Source of the DNA: Octopus sinensis
Taxonomy: Eukaryota
Direction: 5' to 3'
Length of the DNA: 64,000 nt
Assembly: GCF_006345805.1 (NCBI RefSeq)
Contig: NC_042997.1
Coordinates: forward strand, 372,001 to 436,000
The translations under genes and the position numbers were made by a program. Positions within the stretch are counted from its first letter, which is position 1. Every line of letters begins with the position of its first letter. Under the pieces are notes generated by a model. It saw nothing but the letters and a program-made list of their open reading frames with translations, was not told where the DNA came from and ran no database searches. This document shows, in pieces, positions 13,483 through 27,621 of the stretch.

Positions 13483-13936
13483 GATTATTATGATTATTAT
13501 TATTATTATCTTAATTTTAATTTAATTTTAATTTTTAAATTTTTTTATAAATATATATATCAATCAAAAGTATTAAAAAGTTAAATATATAGATAAACAC
13601 TTTTTGATAGTTATATATATCTTTACTAAAAGAAAATTAAAAATTAAAAATTAAAATAATAATACTAATAATAAAAATAAAAATAAAATAATAATATATA
13701 TATATAATATATATATAGATTTAATAAACTTTAAATTTAAATAATTCAAATTTTGGATTTTACATTTTATATATTTTATATTAATTAATTTTATTTCTAT
13801 GTTTTGGTTTATGTTTTTCACTTTTTGATTTGCCTAATAGTGGTTTTATCTCTAATTTAATATATATATATATATAGCGGTGCCCCAGCATGGCCACAGC
13901 TCGTGAGCTGAAACTAGATAAAATAAAAAAAATAAA

Positions 13937-13991
<55 letters not shown>

Positions 13992-14059
13992 GGACGGAAG
14001 ATGTGTGTGCATATATGTGATCAACCATTACTTGAGCCCACATAAAATGATTATTTTCT

Positions 14060-15120
14060 ATTCGATTTCGTTCACGCTTTACAAATGCATCACTTATGTT
14101 TCACAGATTGTTGTACACTATTTAGATTTTCCACTTATGGAAAAATATCGAGTTAGAAGAACAGACCTTCTAGGGCCAGAAAGTCTGTACTTTGCGAAGT
14201 AACGGTCAGAAACTGATTGCTTCCCTTAAAGAAGCAGTAATACTCGGTTTAAAATCGGCGGGTCGTACCCCACAACAAGGTGCTCTGCAAAACATTTCAT
14301 GCACTTATCAACGTAGAATTCAACGACGAAAACAAGACCGGCCTACACAGCTAGATCTAGGCGTGTACAAAGGCGATACAATCGGACGCGTCTACACAGT
14401 GCAACCCCTGAACTCTGAATTTTCGACAAACTCTTCCTATTATACCTAAAGGAGTATCCGCTGATGAAATTAATGCCTGCCTTAAAGATCCCCACTTCAT
14501 ATGCACATCACCGAGATAGCAACAAAGTGTAGACAACTGGTAAGTTAGATAATAAACTCCTTCAGGACAAGAGACCAAGAAGTCATATGGAACCTGGGGA
14601 AATCCTTTTTACATATCTGCGTGGGCTACTGGTCTCAGATGTACAAAAAATAACAACGAAGCTTGAATCAATCCAAACTTACAACACTAAAAATTGAAGC
14701 TACTGGGAGACGCTGAAAAACCTATGACTGTACACCATGGAGCGAATGTCCAAAAGATATGTAATAATCTACACATGGGAAATTCTGGAAAGATTACCAC
14801 CTAATTTCAGCATCAAGTGTGAAACACATGCCCAAACTGGACGCCATTGCATTATAAAGAAGGTATCATTCATCTCATATAAAGTCAGGAGTAAATACTA
14901 CAATAACTTAGGGTTTCAAATGCTCAGAACACTTCAATGCTCTGCCAAAATAAAATTAGAAAATTAAAATTCTACACAATGTTGAAATGGAAACCTTACA
15001 AATGCAACTGGACATTCTCCTTTCCACAATATCAGACGAACCAATATTCTGGCATGAAGTACAGATGAGGGCAGTTGTGTGAAACTCCCTCATATGTCAA
15101 CTGAGTCAATGACCGGGGAT
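14060..15120 (+). mobile_element. CR1/L2-like LINE 3' remnant
   Basis: A degenerate GVPQG-like segment lies at ~14255. SYWETLKNL*LYTMERMSKRYVIIYTWEILERLPPNF at ~14700-14810 resembles the CR1-group ORF2 C-terminus. Confidence 0.65.
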
Positions 15121-15361
15121 AAAAAGTACAAATTCAGGATGGTTCTACAGTATGACTGCAGCCGTATAGCTGAAATGAATAAGCGCACATAAACACTGAA
15201 ATAATTAAGTGGGTGTTAGCATGTGCATTTGCTTCTCTGTCGGTGTATTTACGTATAAGTATAAAAGACACTTCTTTTCACATAAACGTTAAACTAATAT
15301 CTTGTTTATCGTACTGTGTTCTATTGTTGTTTATTACGTATATACTCCTTGATTTAATTTC

Positions 15362-15452
<91 letters not shown>

Positions 15453-15539
15453 AACATATATATATTAGTACGTTTAAATATTTGTTGTGCAAAATTTTTT
15501 ATGACCATTCCGAAATATATCAATATATATATATATATA

Positions 15540-15895
15540 CGAGGAAATCGCTCCCCGTTCATTGGACGGTGCTGAGTTGTCGAACATTAAAAACAAGATT
15601 TCTCAAAACAACTTGTCCGACCGTCCCATAGACCTACCCTTGGAGAAACACTGATTTAACCTAAATTTGAGACACCAAACAGGCCGACATTTTTGCGCAA
15701 GCTGCCCGTTCCGACGGCTTTATCGATCGCATTCTCACCTGGAATCGATTTTTTTTGTAATTGTTTCAAGACTTATACACGCCCTGATACCATCAGTATC
15801 TACATATCAAATTTGTGTGCAATCGGATGGAGGATGCCCGGGATCCTAAAAGACACACACACAGACAGACAGAACATATTTTATATAATATACAC
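15540..15895 (+). mobile_element. Helentron/HINE-like non-autonomous element end
   Basis: The segment ends with catatcaaatttgtgtgcaatcggatg...acagacagacagaacatattttatata, resembling the subterminal motif plus (CAGA)n end of Helentron-associated elements. Confidence 0.45.
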
Positions 15896-15897
15896 AT

Positions 15898-15961
<64 letters not shown>

Positions 15962-16020
15962 GTCGGTGCCCCAGCATGGCCACAGCTTGTGAGCTGAAAC
16001 TAAATAAAATAAAATAAATA

Positions 16021-16078
<58 letters not shown>

Positions 16079-16672
16079 TCAGATATACAATGTGTGTGTG
16101 TAACCGCGAGTGTGTATGGGCGTGTATCCACAATATATACAGGTATACACACATACGCAACAAATCTTTCTAATCTAGAGACGGGATATATATTTGAAAG
16201 CATATAAGAAAAACAAAGAATTGTGTTTTCATCAGATGAGTGCAGAGATTAGCAAGCATAATTGCACCTCTAAGTATAGTACCATGAAGGAATATGGACG
16301 TTGCAGAATTTTAGGAGATGTGGTTAGGCTTTCACAAAAAATGAGATGACAATTTAAATTAGACGAAATCAACTTGAATTGAAGCAAAGGAAATCTTAAA
16401 ATTCATTTTGAAACCATAGCGAGCTGCAAAATAAATCTTGTGGACCCATGCTGAGATGAAGGAGAGCGCTACAAAATCTTGTTGGAAACGAAAGAAATAT
16501 CATCGTTCAAATAATTAACGAAATATTCTATAAGGTTGCAATGTCATATGAATCAAATTAGACATAATTAGTCCGCTATAAGGTGACAAATATTTGTGAA
16601 ATAAACAGGAAAGGTTAAATTTCGCAGAACGAAATAATTATGGATATCTATGAATAATACTACTACTAATAA

Positions 16673-16677
<5 letters not shown>

Positions 16678-16707
<30 letters not shown>

Positions 16708-16719
16708 ATAATTATAATA

Positions 16720-16782
<63 letters not shown>
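16678..16782. repeat. (AGT)n/(AAT)n microsatellite
   Basis: Direct reading. Confidence 0.95.
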
Positions 16783-17181
16783 GTCATGATGATGATAGTG
16801 TTGACTATGATGGCGATGTTGAATATTATAATAGAGTCGAAAGTGTGGTTTAATGTTACCTGATATAAATGACTAGAGCAAATGTTTTCGTTTTCCTGAA
16901 TGAATTAAATGAATATACGAGACATACATACGATCATATTATATATATATATATATATATATCAACAGCACACACACACACAAACGCATGCATACACATA
17001 TACACACACACGGCCGTAGGCAAAATTGGCACTGGCGTTAATTCCTTCTTCTCATGATACAGAGTATGCCATCCAATCAAAGGAGCAGGTGGTGCTTAGC
17101 TATAGAGCTAGATGTATATATTACAGTGTCTGGAAATTTATTTTAATCCTGAAAATGAAATTATTTAAATTTTATTATAAA

Positions 17182-18538
17182 CAGGGTGAAGCAAAATGAT
17201 CTGACATATTTGTACATTTAATAAAAGCAAAATAGAGAAAGTAACAAAACAATGTTGAAATTTTCCAAATGTACATATAATGCCATTTTGTTTCAATTTG
17301 TTTTAAAAATTGCGTCAGTCAAATGTTTTCTATTATTGTTCACACACTGTTGGAGACGTTTACGAAAGTTGTCCATAACTCGACGGGTCATTTCATGTGG
17401 AATGGCAACAATTTCTTGACCATGGTATCTTCTAATTCTTCAATAGATAGAGGGCGACGAGTGTATACTTTTTATTTTCAAATATCCCCACAGAAAAAAA
17501 AATCGCACGGGTTCGAGTTACGTGATTGAGTGAGCCAACCTATATCACCGCACAATGAGATCAAATGGACCGAGGAACATCTCCCTCAAAATTCCCATCG
17601 AACGTCTAGACGTGTGGGCTGTTGCTCCGTCTTTTTGAAACCAAACGTTGCTTCTATCCTCAAGTTCATTCAATCTGGGTCCCAGATTGAATGAACTTGA
17701 ATATGGGTCAGATTGAATGAACTTGAATATGGGTCAGATTGAATGAACTTGAATATCGGTCAGAGTTAACTGTCACTAACATTGTCTTCTTCGAAAAAGT
17801 ATGGAACCAAAATGCCAAATTCTGCTATCGTGCACCATACGGTTACATGAGTTCTATGTTCGAGCAACTCACAAGGTTTGTGTTCGGACCAATATCGGAA
17901 ATTTTGCATATTTATGCTTCCACATTGGTGAAAATGGGTCTCGTCACTGAAAAGCACAATAGCAGCACGGGGGATATATTGTTGACTTTCCACACACAAT
18001 ATTCTGCGATTCTCTTTGTCTCTTTCGCTGGGTTCCTCTACCAGCTGCATTTTGTATGGATGCATTGGCAGATCATTATGAAGAATTCGTCTCAACATTC
18101 GATTGGAAAGCCTAAGAGCAGCGGCGTGTTTTCTTGCCGGAAATCGTAGAGACTCTTGAATTGTAGCTTTTATCGCCGCCACATTTCCCGGAATTCTGGC
18201 GGTCCGCAGCCGGCTGGTTGATGCTCATTTCAATGCTGAACAACTAGCTCTGAATTTGGTAACTCATAATAAAGTCGTGTTTTGAACAGGTATGGGATCG
18301 TGTCTACTAAGCCTAAAGTGCACACATAAGGTTCTTTGGGTTGCAGTTACCGATTCGTTGGTCTTGATAGATGTTTCCACAATAAAAGCATTATGCTCAC
18401 CTGTTCAATACACATGGGCAATCTAAAACAAAATGGCATTATATATGCATTTGGAAAATAAAAACACCTTTTTCATTATTTATTTTAATTTGCTTTTATT
18501 AAACCTACAAATGTGTCAGATCATTTTGTCCCACTCTG
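17182..18538 (-). mobile_element. Tc1/mariner-superfamily DD41D (rosa-type) transposon, defective, both TIRs present
   Basis: Imperfect ~120-bp TIRs (cagggtgaagcaaaatgatctgaca / tgtcagatcattttgtcccactctg-TA). The ORF has FSDETHFH..NFRYWSE..VTVWC..PYFFE. Downstream WFQKDGATAHT...NPCDFF has 41 residues between the two Ds after correcting one frameshift. Confidence 0.85.
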
Positions 18539-18717
18539 TAAAAACTGATCCTTCTATCAGTATAAACGAGATACATCTTTCGAGTGCACTTATTGGAAAG
18601 TAATTCACGCGTCATTAATTACTCCTTGCAACTAATGTTACGCCATGATGAGTAAACAAATGTCTCCTTTCCCACATAATTTCCAATGCACTTATTTCCT
18701 TCCTAAATATGAACCAA

Positions 18718-18831
<114 letters not shown>

Positions 18832-19046
18832 TATGTTTGACTTTTGCTTTATATTTGTACAAGTTGGCTCCAAGTCTCACCCAGAGACCTCAAGAGACAA
18901 TAGGTTGGAAGTTCACGTTGTTGTTATGCCTAGTGTGCCATATATTTGGTTGTTTTTTTGTGTTGTACTAGTGGATGTCTAAAAAATAAAAAATAAAAAA
19001 TAAAAAAAAATTGAAAAATAAAAAATGTGTGTTTTAAACCTTGAGA

Positions 19047-19574
19047 TTACATAGAAAGTATTTTGCGTAGGATATGAGCAGTTCCCATGAGCACTATCTT
19101 TTGAATTTCTGCCATTTTGGGGTTTCCTGGTATCTGAGTTAGGTAGCGATCATCCCCTTTCGCTCTCATTCCCAGGGCACCTATGACAACAGGTATTGTT
19201 TTAGTCTTCAGGTTCCACATTTTGCTGATTTCTATTTCAAGATCTTTATATTTGCTCAGTCTTTGGTAGGTCTTGACAGGTACGTTTATATCGATTGGGA
19301 CAGTCATATCAATGAGGAGGCATGTTCTTTGTTTGAAGTCTTTCAATATGATGTCTGGCCTATTTGCATCTATCTTTCTGTCAGTTTGAATGGTGAAGTT
19401 CCAGAGGAGTGAGATGTGGTCATTTTCAAGCACTGGGGGTGGTTTGTGTTCCCACGAGTTTTTTTCATGGGGCAAATCCACGTTTTTGCAAATTACCCAG
19501 TGAATATATTGTGCAGCTCTATCATGCCTGTGAAGATACTCTGTAGGCGCTAGAAGACTGCACTTGGAGACCAC
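19047..19574 (-). pseudogene. R4/Dong restriction-like endonuclease fragment
   Basis: RHD..AQYIHW, RPDIILKD, LIDMTVP, KYKDLEIEI and IPVVIGALG (PD-D/E-K RLE). Confidence 0.92.
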
Positions 19575-20360
19575 ATGATCAATGGTTTCATTTGGTTGCT
19601 GACATACACGACATGTTGGGCTACTACCGATCTTTAATAAGTTGGCCTGGTAGTTTCTTGTTGGTAGGCATTGATCTTGAGCTACGATGATAAATCCCTC
19701 TGTTTATGATTTTAAGCCAGAGGCCATTAGCCATTGATGGGTCAGGGCTTTGTCAACATCTGCATTATTCGCTCTCTTTGGGTATTTGCCATAGAGAGGT
19801 TTCTCTTGCCATTTATCATTCAGAATATCTAAGGCCGCAGATTTAGCACGGGTTTTCATGCGCTTAGCTTTTTCTGTGCCTGTTTCTTCTATGTCTATCT
19901 CTAATTCCGAAATTTGTTGTATTCGGAATTCACTTAGATATTCCTTTGCCTGTTTTGTTACTGAGTATGATGCTTTCTTGCTTTCATGTTTTGAGACAAG
20001 TTTTAACATCCAGTCCTCAGAGTTTTTCAGGTAGGTGTCTAGGCCAATTGTAGCAATCTTCATTGTTATTGCCAGTTGTAAAAGTCCACCACGGCCTCCC
20101 TCTTTTCTTGGCAGATAAAGTCGTTCTGTATCTGCCTTAGGGTGGTGCATTCTATGCATTGTCAACAGTTTTCGTATTTTTCTGTCAAGATTACATATTT
20201 CAGTAATTGACCAGTTAACGATATTGAAACTATGTCACGACTGGTATGGCTAGTGCATTGATCGCTTCGATCCTGTTTCTCGCATTCAGCTCTGTCTTGA
20301 ATATTGCTCTTACTCTGCGATAACATTCTCTCCTGATCCTTTCCTTCATCTCTGAATGCC

Positions 20361-20966
20361 TTATTCCGTCTCTTCAATTACCCCTAGATATTTGTAGTTC
20401 TCCGCTGGGTCTAATTCTATTATGACATTCTGCTGGTCAAGGTTAATGTGAGATGTTTCTGTCATTTTTCCTTTGATAAAGGTAGCTTTTGCACATTTAT
20501 CGAGGCCGAATTGCATTCTGATGTCATCACTGAATAGTTTGACAATCGCTAGTAAGCCCTTGAGTTGTTGGTCATTTTCTGCAAAGAGCTTTAAATCAGC
20601 CATGTAAATGAGATGATTTATATTTTTATCAAACTTTTTATATCCGTACTGCCCGTCATTGAGCAGTTTTGAGAGGGGTATTAAGGCTAAAAAGAAGAGG
20701 AGTGGTGATAGTGAGTCACCCTGGAAAATGCCACATGACATTTTTACATCACCAGCATTTTGAGATTCATTGTCACTGTTCAAAGTTAGTGTGGTTCTCC
20801 ATGATCTCATACTTACGGACAAAACTTTTCGCAGAGTAGGTGCTATCTTATACATGTCCAGGCATTTCTTAATCCAGCTATGTGGTAGGCTATCAAAAGC
20901 CTTTTTATAGTCTATCCAGGCTATTGATAAGTTTTTGTGTCGTTTGTGACAATCTTCTAAGATCAT
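20361..20966 (-). pseudogene. R4/Dong reverse transcriptase core fragment
   Basis: AWIDYKKAFDSLPH, GIFQGDSLSPLLF, HLIYMADLKLF (YMDD mutated) and YKYLGV. Confidence 0.92.
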
Positions 20967-21046
20967 CTTATTGATGAGTAGTTGATCTTTACACGTTTAC
21001 ATCCTTTCTGTTCATTAGGGAATATGCTGCTGTCTGTCAAAAAACT

Positions 21047-22255
21047 TTAGGTATATTCCGTCAGGACAGATGTTAGTGTTTTATACATAGTTGTTAAGCA
21101 GGTTATGGGTCTATAGTTTTTTGGTTCATTTGTTTCTTCACTTTTGGGAAGCAGGAATGTTAACCCATTAACTAGCCAAGGAGGCATCCTACTAGGGTGT
21201 TGCAAAACATCATTGTAAAGTTCTGTTAGCAGTTCATGGCTTTCTAGGAAGGCATTAAACCAGAAGTTAGGGATTTTATCCTTTCCTGGAGACTTCCATT
21301 TGCTTGACCTCCTGAGAGCAGATCTTATATCTTCTACCTTGACACCCTCCCACGTTTGCTCTTTTAAGGAGTCCAGTTCTTTAGATATTCTATTAATCCA
21401 GGGGGCCTTTTCGCTGTGTGTTTTGTCTTCTTCCCAAATTTTATTCCCAAATCCCTGCACTTCTTCTTTTGATGGTACAGACTTTACAGTAACTGGTGTT
21501 TTTCCTATCTTCTTGTAAAAAGTTTTGGGGTTATTTTTGAACATGTTGTTGTCCCTGAAGGATCTAATACGCTTTTCATACCTCGCTATGCGGGCAGCTT
21601 TAGCAGATATTTTTTGCTTGATGGTTTCTATGGTGGCATCAATATCAAGTATAGTTTTCATATTATATTTTTTCATTAGTTTTTGAGTTTTTGCAGGTTT
21701 GGTAGTGTTATGAACCTTAAGGTTTTTCAAATATTCAATGTCAGATATAAATAGTTTAATTTGTTGTTGCAGTCGCTCTTGCCAAGAAGGCTTTTTGTGG
21801 AAATGTTGCCGTTTTCTAATCTTTTCACCACATAGGATCGTTGAGATTTTTGCGGATGCATAGTATAGGTGGTTGAGATCTGTGATATCAACATCATTAG
21901 CTGAAATTATATCCTTAAGTGCAAGCCGGATTTTACGAATTATTTTCATGTTTTGGTTAGAGTTGCGGATTTTAGGGAGTGTATCACGTTCATCCATACT
22001 GGTTTCTTTAATTTTCAGCCATTCAATCATGATTTGACTTTTTAGCTCATGTAGTTCTGTTGGGTCAATATTTGTGTGACTTTCTTCATCTATTTGATGT
22101 TCATCTGTCTTAGTGTTTATGATTGGTTCAGGGAGTATTTCACTTTGCCTATCACTTATACTAACTCTTTCAATCCTTACTTCGTTTTTATCAGCTCTGG
22201 GCTGGTCTATAATTATTTCCTCTGTATTATCTTCTTTAGCTGCAGCTTTGTTCAT
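21047..22255 (-). pseudogene. R4/Dong ORF N-terminal part and start of RT
   Basis: WKSPGKDKIPNFW and LLPKSEETNEPKNYRPITCLTTMYKTLT (RT domains 0-2). Confidence 0.9.
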
Positions 22256-22989
22256 TCTATCCGCTACTGCTTGTCTAATTTGGTCAATCTCTACTTCAGT
22301 CAGTAATTTTTTTTTATAATGTTTCTTCTGACGTTGGCAAGTTTGTTACTGTCTGCGTAGGGTCTGGCTTCAGAGTGTTTCTGTCTCCAGTTTATGTAGG
22401 TTTGTATAGTGTTCGATTTATCTGTGGGAAAATATATGGCATGGTAGAAGGCCACAGGAACTTCTTTATTATCTTCCCTAGTCCATTTTCCTTCTTTTTC
22501 TTTTGAGTGTTTGGTGACGAGCATGGATGGTCATCTGTTGGAATATTCCAGTTGTGGAGTACGTCCAGCTCCTGTGTGTCGGGAAGATTTGATCCAGTAG
22601 CTGATTTTTCAATCAGACTTTGGTTCAATTTTCGGGTACGTGGTCTTTTGTAATACGCTCGATGACCATCGCGGTTTGTAGTTTGTTTTGTTGACATTGA
22701 AGCATGACGAGCTTCGACTCTTACATTAAGAGACGGATCTGTCAGTTTAGGATTATCTGCACGTAAACATTGTTCGTAGCGCAGCTTCTTAAGGCTAGCA
22801 GATCTGTATTCGTCTGTATATTTTTTTTGATAGATTTATCTCCGAGCATAGTTTTCCCTTTTTTTAAAAAACTTATGAAAGGTTCACTCTGCCTGTATTA
22901 GTTCGAGAAAATGAGAATAAAATACGAAAAAACTTTCTTTGGGTGGTGGTTCAAATCTACTTTTACAAGGCTCATTATATCATTGAGAC

Positions 22990-24480
22990 TGGCTTTGAGC
23001 AGTATGTCTACATACTGTTTTTGCGTATGATTGTTTCACATGTTGCTGAGTATGATTGTTTCACATCTCTCACATACCTGTATCACTTATGAAGTTAACA
23101 TTAATGAATGGCGGCATATTCCATACTGGTCTTATATATCGTTTTATCATTGAAAATATTGACGAGCCCGTATAGATTGTTGATCTTGCATTAAAACTTC
23201 GTCAGGTTGTTGCACTCCCTGATTGTTAAACGTATTCGTCGTAGGAGAATGAAAGTGTCGCGTTTCTTCATTGTTGATCGGAGATAATCTATTTTGTTAT
23301 AACAAGAGTATCGTAGTAGGAAAAATGCAATGTGTTTGTAGGTTTCAGTATCCGTAATGACTACAGTTCTTCTCTTGTACTTTTAAAAAGAAAGTATGAC
23401 GTTATTATTATTTTTGTGTTTATGAATAATTTCTCATTCTTTTTGACCGGTATTGGACTTGGATTTAGATTATGGTAGTTCATGATAAAGAAAGTTGTGT
23501 ATAAAAACATTTTTATAAAGCTTTGTTCCAAACTTTGGATTGTATCCACTTTGATTTCTTACAACTGATTCATCATTATTTTCCTTGTCAAATATTTCTT
23601 ATGTTAGGCATAATATTCTGCAGAAGTGAGAGGGATTGTCTACTATTTTATTATAGTTAGGTATTGTGTTGTTGGATAGAATTTCAAGCGTTTTTAGAAA
23701 ACTTGCATATCTTGTGCTGAAGGATTTATGTATGAAAGATTGATTATCTGGTCGGTTTTTACCACCTAGAGTCACAAAATCTGTCGACAGTTTCTAAACA
23801 AAATGACTTTTAACGTTTATCATTTTGGTGATGTTTCTATACTTCTTGATAATTGTTTTTCCTTTGTTTTCCTGAGTTTTCTGTAGTAATTGGGTTCATT
23901 CTTAGATTTAGATTTTCGTTAGCACTGTATGGAATTGATTTCTTTTTAGTTATAATTTTTGCTTCTTTGTACAAGTTGAGATCTTTGGCTCTGGCAGATA
24001 TTCTGTCTGAGGAAAGGCAGGATTTAGCGTTTTCTATGTTGTCTAACTATCTTCGAGTTTGTATAATTGTTTTCTTAACCCTAGTGATTATAAGTTTAAT
24101 TCTTTTGTCACTTAATTTATTGCTTATGCACAAGGAGTATAGATTTTAGCCTTTTCTCGATAATGGTTCATCTGCTAAATATTTTGTTTTTGAATTCATT
24201 GTAATAATTACAAAACCAATCTGCACTCTACTCCTATCTATGAAGAGATTTTAATTGTTTATTTTTGCATATTATCTCTAGAATTTAATGGTTTTCTAAT
24301 ATAGTGGGTCTGTGGTTTCTTTTTTGAATTTCTCTTCCATTTGTTCTTCACCTGATTTGAATGTTTGTTTACTAGACTTCTTCCTGAATTATAATAGTTC
24401 GATTTCCGTTTTGAAGTTGTCTAGAGTCATATTCTTTATTAGAATCTTTGTTGTTCAAGTTCAGAAAGAATTGGCTTAAT
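22990..24480 (-). mobile_element. Highly degenerate Penelope-like RT remnant
   Basis: Scattered translated motifs EPLSRKG*NL (LSKGLNF-like) and ITTENSGNKGKTII (IKPADKGNTIV-like) occur in the expected order; otherwise eroded. Confidence 0.4.
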
Positions 24481-25287
24481 TTGTAATTTCCTGAGGAGAA
24501 CATTCTCTGTTGAATTAATCCATTTTATATGTTTCGACTTCCCTGATAGTTTTCAACGCATGCCAATAGCATATTTGCAGTTTGTGAGGTTTGACTTCCA
24601 GATATGATTTAAGCTTTATATAATAAAATGTGTTTGTCTTTGCAGATTAATGACGTTGTTCTCTTATTTCGGTACATGGTTCCTGCTTTGCACTCCGTAG
24701 AATTACGTTCTTATGGCTGTAAATAATTAGTTTAAGGTTTGACTAAACTGCTTATTGAATGTGACCTACACTCTTGTTAATATCTTTGCTATATGTCTAC
24801 ATTCTATCACGTTTTTTAAATGTTAACATTGGAAGGTTGGAAAGAATCTTACTTTCTTTAAAATCTTTTCAGTCGTAGTAGAGCTTCAATCAGATTTTGT
24901 TGCCATTTTCAGTCCTCGCGTGGTGGAAATGTGCAAGAAAATAATTTTTAAAGAAAATAAATGTAGAAAGTTCACTTGGAATCTTTTAAAAATATTTTAT
25001 TAATATTTGCTTAACCGGTTTTAGTTTCGTGGTTTTCAAAGGTGGTTTGATAGGAAAAGTGCTGGTAGTACGCCTTATTGGTCTCCACTAAAAATTTGCT
25101 CCTTTTTTATGGAGTCATAACTATGGCGCAAACTAAACTCAGTTGAAGTGTGGGAAGAAAGAGAAGAAAAATAGAGGAAAAAAAATCAATGTGTTCTTCA
25201 AAATTTATCGATACATCTACGTGACTCTTGAAAATGTAGATATGTATTTAAGTATGTATACATATACGTACATGCAAACATATACAT

Positions 25288-25348
<61 letters not shown>

Positions 25349-25630
25349 ATTTCAACAATTGAGGGTAAAATTAATTAATTAATCAATTTCACCAAGTATT
25401 CAGTATGCAAAGGGACCATTTAAGGCGAATTCAAATTATTACATTATATAAAAGGGCTTAGTAAAATAAATTACTTTGCCGCATACTGAACTCATTAGAA
25501 ATAGCAGCTAAAAAAACTTTTATAAAACTATTTCTAATACTTAAGAAAACCTCTCTCATATAGTGTTTGCTCAATTCAACTCACGAAAGTATGGGGGTAG
25601 AGACATTAAAAAATCAAATGCAAAGGTTAT

Positions 25631-25683
25631 TGAGAACGTACGTTTCAAGATTAGTCAAAATCGACATTTCTATCATCAGCTCA
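25631..25683 (-). ncRNA. Minimal type I HHR, array copy 1
   Basis: Reverse complement of TGAG-CTGATGA-T...T-GAA-ACGTACGT-T-CTCA. Confidence 0.65.
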
Positions 25684-26181
25684 GAACTCCCTGGTTTGGA
25701 TTTGAAAACACTGAAAGTGGAGCATACCCTTTCGGCTTCTATCGCTTCTGAAGATCCGCTCGAAACTAACAGTGCCAGCAACTCAAATATGCAAGCGAAG
25801 AATTTCTGCTCTCCCCTTTCCACCAGTGGGCTAAAATCAGCAAACACTATGCTTTTTTCGGTAAAATCCGAGGCATTAAATAGAGAGAGATGATTATAAT
25901 TTCAACAATTGAGGGTAAAATCAATTAATTAATCAATTTCACCAAGTATTCAGTATGCAAAGGGACCATTTAGGCGAATTCAAATTATTACATTATATAA
26001 AAGGGCTTAGTAAAATAAATTACTTTGCCGCATACTGAACTCATTAGAAATAGCAGCTAAAAAAACTTTTATAAAACTATTTCTAATACTTAAAGAAAAC
26101 CTCTCTCATATAGTGTTTGCTCAATTCAACTCACGAAAGTATGGGGGTAGAGACATTAAAAAATCAAATGCAAAGGTTATT

Positions 26182-26234
26182 TGAGAACGTACGCTTCAAG
26201 ATTAGTCAAAATCGACATTTCTATCATCAGCTCA
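26182..26234 (-). ncRNA. Minimal type I HHR, array copy 2 (A15.1>G variant)
   Basis: Same motif, but it reads GAAG instead of GAAA (plus strand aacgtacgcttc). Predicted to be impaired, or a base-call error. Confidence 0.5.
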
Positions 26235-27010
26235 GAACTCCCTGGTTTGGATTTGAAAACACTGAAAGTGGGAGCATACCCTTTCGGCTTCTTATCGCTT
26301 CTGAAGATCTGCTCGAAACTAACAGTGCCAGCAAACTCAAATATGCAAGCGAAGAATTTCTGCTCTCCCCTTTCCACCAGCGTGGGCTAAAATCAGCAAA
26401 CACTATGCTTTTTTCGGTAAAATCCGAGGCATTTAAATAGAGAGAGATGAATTATAATTTCAACAATTGAGGGTAAAATTAATTAATTAATCAATTTCAC
26501 CAAGTATTCAGTATGCAAAGGGACCATTTAAGGCGAATTCAAATTATTACATTATATAAAAGGGCTTAGTAAAATAAATTACTTTGCCGCATACTGAATC
26601 ATTAGAAATAGCAGCTAAAAAAACTTTTATATGCTATTTTTAATGAGTTCAGTATGCGGCAAAGTAATTTATTTTACTAAGCCCTTTTATATAATGTAAT
26701 AATTTGAATTCGCCTTAAATGGTCCCTTTGCATACTGAATACTTGGTGAAATTGATTAATTAATTAATTTTACCCTCAATTGTTGAAATTATAATTCATC
26801 TCTCTCTATTTAAATGCCTCGGATTTTACCGAAAAAAGCATAGTGTTTGCTGATTTTAGCCCACGCTGGTGGAAAGGGGAGACAGAAATTCTTCGCTTGC
26901 ATATTTGAGTTTGCTGGCACTGTTAGTTTCGAGCGGATCTTCAGAAGCGATAAGAAGCCGAAAGGGTATGCTCCCACTTTCAGTGTTTTCAAATCCAAAC
27001 CAGGGAGTTC

Positions 27011-27063
27011 TGAGCTGATGATAGAAATGTCGATTTTGACTAATCTTGAAACGTACGTTCTCA
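27011..27063 (+). ncRNA. Minimal type I HHR, array copy 3
   Basis: Helix I TGAG/CTCA; CTGATGA 27015-21; GAAA 27048-51; palindromic helix III ACGTACGT 27051-58; triplet GTT. Confidence 0.65.
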
Positions 27064-27568
27064 AATAACCTTTGCATTTGATTTTTTATGTCTCTACCCC
27101 CATACTTTCGTGAGTTGAATTGAGCAAACACTATATGAGAGAGGTTTTCTTTAAGTATTAGAAATAGTTTTATAAAAGTTTTTTTAGCTGCTATTTCTAA
27201 TGAGTTCAGTATGCGGCAAAGTAATTTATTTTACTAAGCCCTTTTATATAATGTAATAATTTGAATTCGCCTTAAATGGTCCCTTTGCATACTGAATACT
27301 TGGTGAAATTGATTAATTAATTAATTTTACCCTCAATTGTTGAAATTATAATTCATCTCTCTCTATTTAAATGCCTCGGATTTTACCGAAAAAAGCATAG
27401 TGTTTGCTGATTTTAGCCCACGCTGGTGGAAAGGGGAGAGCAGAAATTCTTCGCTTGCATATTTGAGTTTGCTGGCACTGTTAGTTTCGAGCAGATCTTC
27501 AGAAGCGATAAGAAGCCGAAAGGGTATGCTCCCACTTTCAGTGTTTTCAAATCCAAACCAGGGAGTTC

Positions 27569-27621
27569 TGAGCTGATGATAGAAATGTCGATTTTGACTA
27601 ATCTTGAAACGTACGTTCTCA
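27569..27621 (+). ncRNA. Minimal type I HHR, array copy 4
   Basis: Identical motif, 558 bp downstream of copy 3. Confidence 0.65.

Noticed and set aside
17683-17760. Three 26-bp repeats resembling a CRISPR array
   Set aside because: There are no spacers, the context is eukaryotic, and the repeats lie inside a transposase.
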